64,000 nucleotides of DNA from Desulfomonilia bacterium (lineage in GTDB: Bacteria > Desulfobacterota > Desulfomonilia > UBA1062). This document shows, piece after piece, positions 58,458 through 64,000 of this stretch; the stretch's first letter is position 1; each line of letters opens with the position of its first letter. The notes under the pieces are model-generated. The model was not told where the DNA came from and did not search any database. It worked only from the letters and a program-made list of their open reading frames with translations. A program made the position numbers and the translations under genes. Location of the stretch: assembly GCA_963664325.2 (NCBI GenBank), contig CAXXDQ010000004.1:768001-832000 (forward strand), read 5' to 3'.

Positions 58458-59273
58458 ATGGCCAGTTCATTCATCAAGGAAACCATGCTGGAAATGACGT
58501 GGGTTGAGATTAAGGAGGCGGCCGAAAAAGATGCGGTCGTACTGTTCCCCATAGGTGTCGTGGAAGAGCACGGGCCGCATATGACGGTTTCTGCCGATAT
58601 ATATCTGTCGTATCTGGTTGCCCGTGAAGCCCGGAAGTGTCTGTTGCAACAGGGAAAAGAGTCAATCATTGCGCCGCCCTTTTATTGGGGAATAAACGGG
58701 ACCACGGTCAAATTTCCCGGTTCGTTCGTCGTCACCAGACAGACAATGACGGCAATTCTGATCGAACTCCACATGTCGCTAAAAAACTGGGGTTTTAAAA
58801 AAATTGTGGACATCCCGGGTCATGGCGAGACGGACCATCTTCTCGCCATAGAGGATGCCTTGAAAGTCGTATATGAAAACACTGGCGAAGGGGTCTATAT
58901 GGTCCTGCCGACATTCATGGCCGAAAAGGCGGGAGTCAAAAAGAGTCCGTATATCGTTTTGATTGATGTTCCTGAACTGTCGAGTGAGGACCCCGATTCA
59001 TATCTGGATATTCATGCGGGAGCCCTCGAGGTTTCACCGATGCTGCATTTTTTCCCGGACATTGTAAACACGGAAATACTCAAGACACTGAAACCGACCG
59101 AGTTGACCTTGAAAGACTACCGGCTGTGGGAAGAGGGAGGAGAATTCTTCGACCGGACATCGCCCCTGGGATACGCGGGTGATCCGGCTTCAGCCAATCC
59201 GGAATTGGGCAGGATTATGATTCAAACATTCGTAGAAGAATCGGTAAAAACCATGATGGATAAACTGAGATAA
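58458..59273 (+). CDS. Creatininase-family amidohydrolase
   Basis: EMTW, PIGVVEEHGPH, FPGS, GHG, HAGALE. Confidence 0.88.
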   Translation: MASSFIKETMLEMTWVEIKEAAEKDAVVLFPIGVVEEHGPHMTVSADIYLSYLVAREARKCLLQQGKESIIAPPFYWGINGTTVKFPGSFVVTRQTMTAILIELHMSLKNWGFKKIVDIPGHGETDHLLAIEDALKVVYENTGEGVYMVLPTFMAEKAGVKKSPYIVLIDVPELSSEDPDSYLDIHAGALEVSPMLHFFPDIVNTEILKTLKPTELTLKDYRLWEEGGEFFDRTSPLGYAGDPASANPELGRIMIQTFVEESVKTMMDKLR

Positions 59274-59359
59274 CTGGAATGTAGCAGTGCCGGGCATTCC
59301 GGACGGGACAAGGGCAATCGGAATATCCGGTACGGCCGTAAAGACCCGGGAGGGAATTA

Positions 59360-60718
59360 ATGAATTCTGCCGAATCGGTCACATCAGGTGAAATGAGGCC
59401 TTTTGAGGGCTTTGTGATTCCCCTGTCTGCGTTCACTCAATCCATACTTTACACGCTGATCGGAAACTTTGCCATGTTCTTCAGCACCGACATTATCGGT
59501 CTGGCCCCGGCTGCAATAGGGACAATGTTCCTCATAGCCAAGGTATGGGACGGAATATTCAATCCTATATTCGGATTCATAGCCGATAAAACAAATACGC
59601 GATGGGGTAAATTCAGGCCGTACTTGATGTTCGCATCCGTCTTTGTTTCATTATTCGCGGTCATGACTTTCAGGGTCCCGCAGGCGGATAAGCAGTGGCA
59701 GTTCATATACATCGGCGCGGCGTATATTCTCTTCAGCATGGCATATACCGTCATCGATATCCCGGTGTGGGCTTCCCCGACCATCGTTACCAAAGATAAC
59801 AACAGGACCACCTCCATTGTGGCAAGGGTTCAGCTCTCCGCCATCCTCGGAGCGATCCTGGCATTCGTTCTCACAACGCCGCTCGTCGGCGCCCTTGGCC
59901 GGGGGGACGCGCGGGACGGCTTTGCATATACCGCCATGGCCTATGGCCTGTTGAACCTCGCCGTACTTATCTTAACCGGCATCGTCATAAGGGAAAGGGT
60001 CTCGACGGATGCCAGAAGGGAAAGAGTGGACATAAAAAACGTTCTCAGAATCATTTTCCGAAATAAATTTCTTGTTATCGCAATGATCACATCGATACTC
60101 GTCAATACGATGTTCACATTAAAAAGCATAATGGTTCCGTATTTCGCCACCTACGACCTCGGCAATATCAAGCTGCTGCCCCTGATCATGATCGCGATAA
60201 CCATTCCAGGGCTTGTGGGCTTGATGTTCGCACCGTTGCTCATCAGAAAATTCGGAAAGCAGAAAACCGTGATAGCCACTCTGTCTGTCAGCCTGGCATT
60301 GAGCGTATTCACATATTTCGTCCCATACAACAACCTCATTGCTTTAATCGTATTGCACGGAATCATATCCTTTTTCATGTTTGTTCCGTTTGTCATATCG
60401 ACAACGATGTTTGTCGATTGCGTCATTTATGCCGAATGGAAATTCAACGTAAGGGCGGAAGGCATAATATTTTCCTGCAGGACATTGACTGGAAATGTCG
60501 GTATAGCGCTGGCGTCGTTTTTATCAGGCCTTATCCTGACCCTGATCGGCTATGTTGCAAACACGGCGCAGACACGGACCGCCCTGTACGGTCTGCAGGC
60601 ATCCCTTACGCTCTTTCCCGCAATCATCATCGGCCTGAGCATCATCCCGCTCTTCTTCTACAATTTATCTCAGAATAAACTCGATCAGATGTCAGCTGAA
60701 AATGAAATGAAGGCATAG
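59360..60718 (+). CDS. MFS GPH transporter (second copy)
   Basis: DKTNTRWGKFRPY, DIP, RAEG, IGY. Confidence 0.9.
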   Translation: MNSAESVTSGEMRPFEGFVIPLSAFTQSILYTLIGNFAMFFSTDIIGLAPAAIGTMFLIAKVWDGIFNPIFGFIADKTNTRWGKFRPYLMFASVFVSLFAVMTFRVPQADKQWQFIYIGAAYILFSMAYTVIDIPVWASPTIVTKDNNRTTSIVARVQLSAILGAILAFVLTTPLVGALGRGDARDGFAYTAMAYGLLNLAVLILTGIVIRERVSTDARRERVDIKNVLRIIFRNKFLVIAMITSILVNTMFTLKSIMVPYFATYDLGNIKLLPLIMIAITIPGLVGLMFAPLLIRKFGKQKTVIATLSVSLALSVFTYFVPYNNLIALIVLHGIISFFMFVPFVISTTMFVDCVIYAEWKFNVRAEGIIFSCRTLTGNVGIALASFLSGLILTLIGYVANTAQTRTALYGLQASLTLFPAIIIGLSIIPLFFYNLSQNKLDQMSAENEMKA

Positions 60719-61011
60719 GACTCAGACACAGGCATGTTTGGTGATTGTCCGGCGCTGGCGGCAATACATGCATAAAGTGCATAAGCGGTGGCGTGTTAAA
60801 GGCATTCTGAGCGGAAGAGGCCTTTAATGGCAAGCCATGGAGAAGTCACCCTATGTGATCAAATATGTACTGGTTTGAACCGCTTTTTTGAACAAGATTT
60901 CAACGTGGTATTTTTCAGGGGTTTTTACTATGAGTATGAACCTAAAATGGAGAGTTTTTTTGAGTGGGCCAGTAGCGTTTACAGCCTGCCGGATAAATTG
61001 ATGAAAATTAT

Positions 61012-61086
61012 TGGCTCCCCAGGTAGGACTCGAACCTACAACCCTGCAGTTAACAGCCGCATGCTCTGCCATTGAGCTACTGAGGA
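61012..61086 (-). tRNA. tRNA-Asn(GTT)
   Basis: TCCTCAG...GCT-GTT-AA...TTCGAGT...CTGGGGAGCCA cloverleaf with CCA. Confidence 0.95.
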
Positions 61087-61099
61087 ACGTCGGATATAT

Positions 61100-62119
61100 C
61101 TATGCATTCTCTTTTGGCTTGTCAAGACCTATTGTTTTGGTATCTTTGCAGGTTTCAGCCTGCTCCAGAAGAGGAGAGATTGCCCTCCTTATTCTTAAAA
61201 CATCATTGCGCAGATAATTGATCTGCGAAGCAAGAAATCCGAAAGACAGTATCTGCATGCCCCCTAATATGAATATGGCCATAAACATTAGGAGAGGCCG
61301 GCCAGGGCTGAGGGTCTGGTTTAAAAACAGGGCAAGTATATATATGCCGATACACAGCCCGATCAGTGTGAGTAAAATTCCGATTATGCCGAATAAGAGA
61401 ACAGGCCTTTCAAAGGCAGTGAATATCAGGTGAGTAACTGCTGTCGATCTGAACTTGAACTTCGATTTGCCTTTTTCCCTGGCCCTGAGAACGGCAGGAA
61501 TCTCTTTTATCCTGAATCCCATTGCAATGGCCTTGGAGAGAATCTCGAGATGGATTTCCTTGTCATCAGATTCAAGGTCAAGGCTTTCTATCACAGCCCG
61601 CCTGTAACACCTGACAATGCATGTAACGGTATGTATCTCTTCTGTTATTGAGAGTCTCAGAATCCTGTTGCCGACCTTGCTGATCAAGAGCCTGTTTCTG
61701 GGCACTCCGACCGTTGCTCCGCCGGGCATGTAGGCGCTGGCCAGTATGATGTCGACATCCGAATCTTCATGAAGCTCCTGGACCATCTTAAGTATATATT
61801 CGGGATCATATGAGAGATCGGCGTCGATAGAGGCTATCAGTTCACCTCTTGCAGCCCGGAAGCCATACCTTAAGGCCTTGCCCCTGCCCCCGTTTTTCCA
61901 GTATGAAACAACCCTTATCCTCGGATTTTGACCGGCGATCTCATCGAGCTTTTTAAGGGTCGAGTCAGTGCTGCCGTCATTCACAGGAAGAATCTCAAAT
62001 GTTTTACCCAGGGTTAAGAGCGTTGCTTCAACCCGGTCAATAGTTGACCGGACATTAGCCTCTTCATTGAACATAGGGATTATCACACTTAAATAAGGTC
62101 TGCTGTTTGAATGCTCCAT
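61100..62119 (-). CDS. GT2 glycosyltransferase (polyprenol-phosphate glycosyltransferase-like)
   Basis: LSVIIPMFNE, NDGSTD, GKA...G, IDADL, two C-terminal TM segments. Confidence 0.9.
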   Translation of the reverse strand: MEHSNSRPYLSVIIPMFNEEANVRSTIDRVEATLLTLGKTFEILPVNDGSTDSTLKKLDEIAGQNPRIRVVSYWKNGGRGKALRYGFRAARGELIASIDADLSYDPEYILKMVQELHEDSDVDIILASAYMPGGATVGVPRNRLLISKVGNRILRLSITEEIHTVTCIVRCYRRAVIESLDLESDDKEIHLEILSKAIAMGFRIKEIPAVLRAREKGKSKFKFRSTAVTHLIFTAFERPVLLFGIIGILLTLIGLCIGIYILALFLNQTLSPGRPLLMFMAIFILGGMQILSFGFLASQINYLRNDVLRIRRAISPLLEQAETCKDTKTIGLDKPKENA

Positions 62120-62155
62120 GGGAAACTAATTTAATATAAACTATAAAAAATTACC

Positions 62156-62317
62156 ACAAAAGAAAACCCGCCATTTGGCGGGTTTTCTTATAATAGATAT
62201 CCCTGTGCAACCCTGTTCTCTAACCATACCCATTTTCTTAAACAATTCAATCAAAAGTGCAGTACCAGACCACCTCTTTTTAAGCCCCCTTTGCCTTTAA
62301 AAGGCCTGCACAGAGAC
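62156..62317 (-). ncRNA. Candidate structured small RNA or attenuated leader
   Basis: TTGATA-N17-TATAAA promoter at 62352-62324; closing stem GUCUCUGUGCAG / UUGCACAGGGAU with G-U pairs that work only on the minus strand; ends in a terminator. Confidence 0.55.
62160..62189 (-). terminator. Intrinsic terminator (potentially bidirectional)
   Basis: AAGAAAACCCGCCA-TT-TGGCGGGTTTTCTT; U-rich tail TTTTCTTTTG on the minus strand. Confidence 0.8.
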
Positions 62318-62384
62318 TTGCTATTTATAAAACAATGCCGGTTTTATATCAACATATTATATAAAGGGAGTCTAAAATTATTAT

Positions 62385-62750
62385 CTAGGTGATTTCCTTG
62401 CCGGAGAGTGATTTAGGTTTTTTTTTAGGCGAACTCGCAACTGCAGCCGCCAGGGATGTTTGCCCCAAAGTTATAAACCCATGTCGTGCCGTCGATCCAT
62501 CTCCCTTTTCCTGTCATTTTGCATGAAACATCAAAAGGCTCTTTATCCGCATGACTGCCAACGGTAACCATGGGTTCTGAAAATCTAAAACTGACCTTAC
62601 GGGCATCCTTCACGGCTCCTTCGGGATTGAAGGATTCAATAAACGCGGTCTCGGAGGCGCCCAGTGAAAAGACAAGAAATATTAAGGAAACCGCCAGCAA
62701 TAAAGATTTAAGATTTCTGTGCCATTGTATGATTTCAATATTAATCCTCC
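62385..62750 (-). pseudogene. Alpha-2-macroglobulin-family N-terminal remnant
   Basis: FNPEGAVKDARKVSFRFSEPMV...PF...C...GRWIDGTTWVYNF...PGG..C.F, then a stop beside an A-run; shifted frames continue LKKNL..SLSGKEIT*. Confidence 0.65.
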
Positions 62751-63351
62751 GGTTAACAGCTGTGGATTGCTTGCCAATTTCCGGATGAAGGTAGGTGAAT
62801 GTCAGCTCAAACAATACCTCTTAAAATAATAACCGCTGTAGAAAATTCAATCGGGCAAGTATCCTTGACTTTACATACATACCGGATAATATCATCCCAG
62901 ATATGAGAGATAAAATTTTTAAAAATCATATTCTTTTCAGGGTCTTTATTATCCCGGTATTTCTTATTCTTGCAATCTCTTCGGTATCCTCCGGGAGGTA
63001 TTATCACCGGCAAACAGTTTTTTGTGAGGATATTTCAGGAATGGCCCGCATAAAAGGGGATCACGGTTATTTTCTTTTATCGGACACTTTGGAGCAAGGA
63101 CAGCCAGGGATAAATATCAGGACCGGTATTTTACCGGGTCGGACGTCTTTTATTTACGGAATCCCGTATTGCCGGACATTTCCAGCCCAGGCATTCTCAA
63201 CCGTGCGCTCTGAAAATAACTTGTCTTTAATATCAATGTCTATAGGGTCATCTTTGAATGGCATATTTAAAAAATTAAAAAGAATGCTGTCCGGTATCTC
63301 GAGATTTTTTTAGTTTTGAAAAAGTTTTAACTTGACTTGTAATACTATCAG

Positions 63352-63366
63352 TAATAATTATCATTA
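63352..63366. promoter_or_regulatory. Fur/PerR-type box
   Basis: 7-1-7 near-palindrome TAATAAT-T-ATCATTA directly before the regulator ATG; TTGACT at 63332. Confidence 0.55.
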
Positions 63367-63368
63367 GT

Positions 63369-63767
63369 ATGTCTTGTCCGGCTCAAAGAATAACCAAACA
63401 GAAGCTCATAATTATTGATGAGCTCAGGAAGGTGAGGTCTCATCCGACTGCTTATGAAGTATATGCAATGGTCCGAAAGGCATTGCCCAAGATCAGCCTC
63501 GGGACTATCTACAGGAATCTTGAAGCATTGTCTGATAATGGCAATATTCAGAGGCTTGCCTTTCATTCCGGTAAGAGGCGTTATGACGGAAATCCGCATA
63601 ATCACCCCCATATATGCTGCAAGGTATGCGGAAGGGTTGACGATCTGCCCGAGAATTCAGGGATTAATGAAAAGATAATTCCCTCCCTGAAGAATGTTTG
63701 CGGTTACAAGATTACAGACTACAGCATAGAGCTTTTCGGCATATGCGGTAATTGTAGAAAAGAGTAA
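63369..63767 (+). CDS. perR: Fur-family regulator (PerR-like)
   Basis: HPTAYEVY, SLGTIYRNL, RYD, HxH, CxxC x2; upstream of rubrerythrin. Confidence 0.85.
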   Translation: MSCPAQRITKQKLIIIDELRKVRSHPTAYEVYAMVRKALPKISLGTIYRNLEALSDNGNIQRLAFHSGKRRYDGNPHNHPHICCKVCGRVDDLPENSGINEKIIPSLKNVCGYKITDYSIELFGICGNCRKE

Positions 63768-63794
63768 ATAAATCCTAAATGAAAGGAGTCTATT

Positions 63795-64000
63795 ATGGGA
63801 AATCTCAAAGGAACAAGAACGGAGAAAAATCTCCTCGGATCTTTTGCCGGGGAATCTCAGGCCAGAAACCGCTATACATATTTTGCCAGTCAGGCCAGGA
63901 AAGAAGGCTATGTTCAGATAGCCGACATATTTGAAGAAACAGCCAACCAGGAAAAGGAACATGCAAAGCGCTTTTTTAAATCCCTTGAGGGCGGCGATGT
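63795..64000 (+). CDS. rbr: Rubrerythrin (3'-partial; absent from the ORF track)
   Basis: AAGGAG RBS; MGNLKGTRTEKNLLGSFAGESQARNRYTYFAS...FEETANQEKEHAKRFFK. Confidence 0.93.
   Translation, partial: MGNLKGTRTEKNLLGSFAGESQARNRYTYFASQARKEGYVQIADIFEETANQEKEHAKRFFKSLEGGD

Noticed and set aside
62807-63313. ORFs 62903..63313 (+) and 62807..63013 (-)
   Set aside because: AT-rich, no RBS and no recognisable motifs; probably decayed or non-coding DNA.
1-64000. CRISPR array, transposase, integrase, retron or DGR reverse transcriptase
   Set aside because: All repeats seen are in-frame protein repeats (PKD, RCC1, PASTA, WG, YD). No spacer-separated identical repeats and no RT, DDE or tyrosine-recombinase motifs were recognised.

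Overview
64 kb of bacterial chromosome. The gene content (rubrerythrin, PerR/Fur, IscS/IscU, sigma54-type promoter, CusCBA) suggests an anaerobic diderm such as a Desulfobacterota-like organism; this is inference only. From left to right: (1) a GC-rich tandem array of five large modular surface proteins (four complete lipoproteins plus a 5'-partial paralog; Cys-rich PASTA-like, PKD-like and RCC1 repeats) followed by an lgt gene; (2) an Rrf2-led sulfur/Fe-S operon (iscS, iscU, nadA, fdhD, metY, cysK, thiM, thiE); (3) a Cus-type Cu/Ag efflux operon split by an antisense homocysteine S-methyltransferase gene; (4) acyl-CoA dehydrogenase, an orphan lipoprotein and a GH51 glycosidase; (5) a ~26 kb block between two inward-pointing tRNAs (atypical tRNA-Val, tRNA-Asn). 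That block holds a secreted WG-repeat / RHS / WG-repeat trio, the best candidate for an undescribed toxin-delivery system, and a 12-gene LacI-controlled amino-sugar or aminocyclitol catabolic locus; (6) a GT2 gene, an alpha-2-macroglobulin remnant, perR and a partial rubrerythrin. Two candidate non-coding RNAs were found by eye (~62.16-62.32 kb and ~32.8-33.2 kb). No CRISPR array, integrase, transposase or reverse transcriptase was seen. All calls come from motif recognition; no database searches were run.
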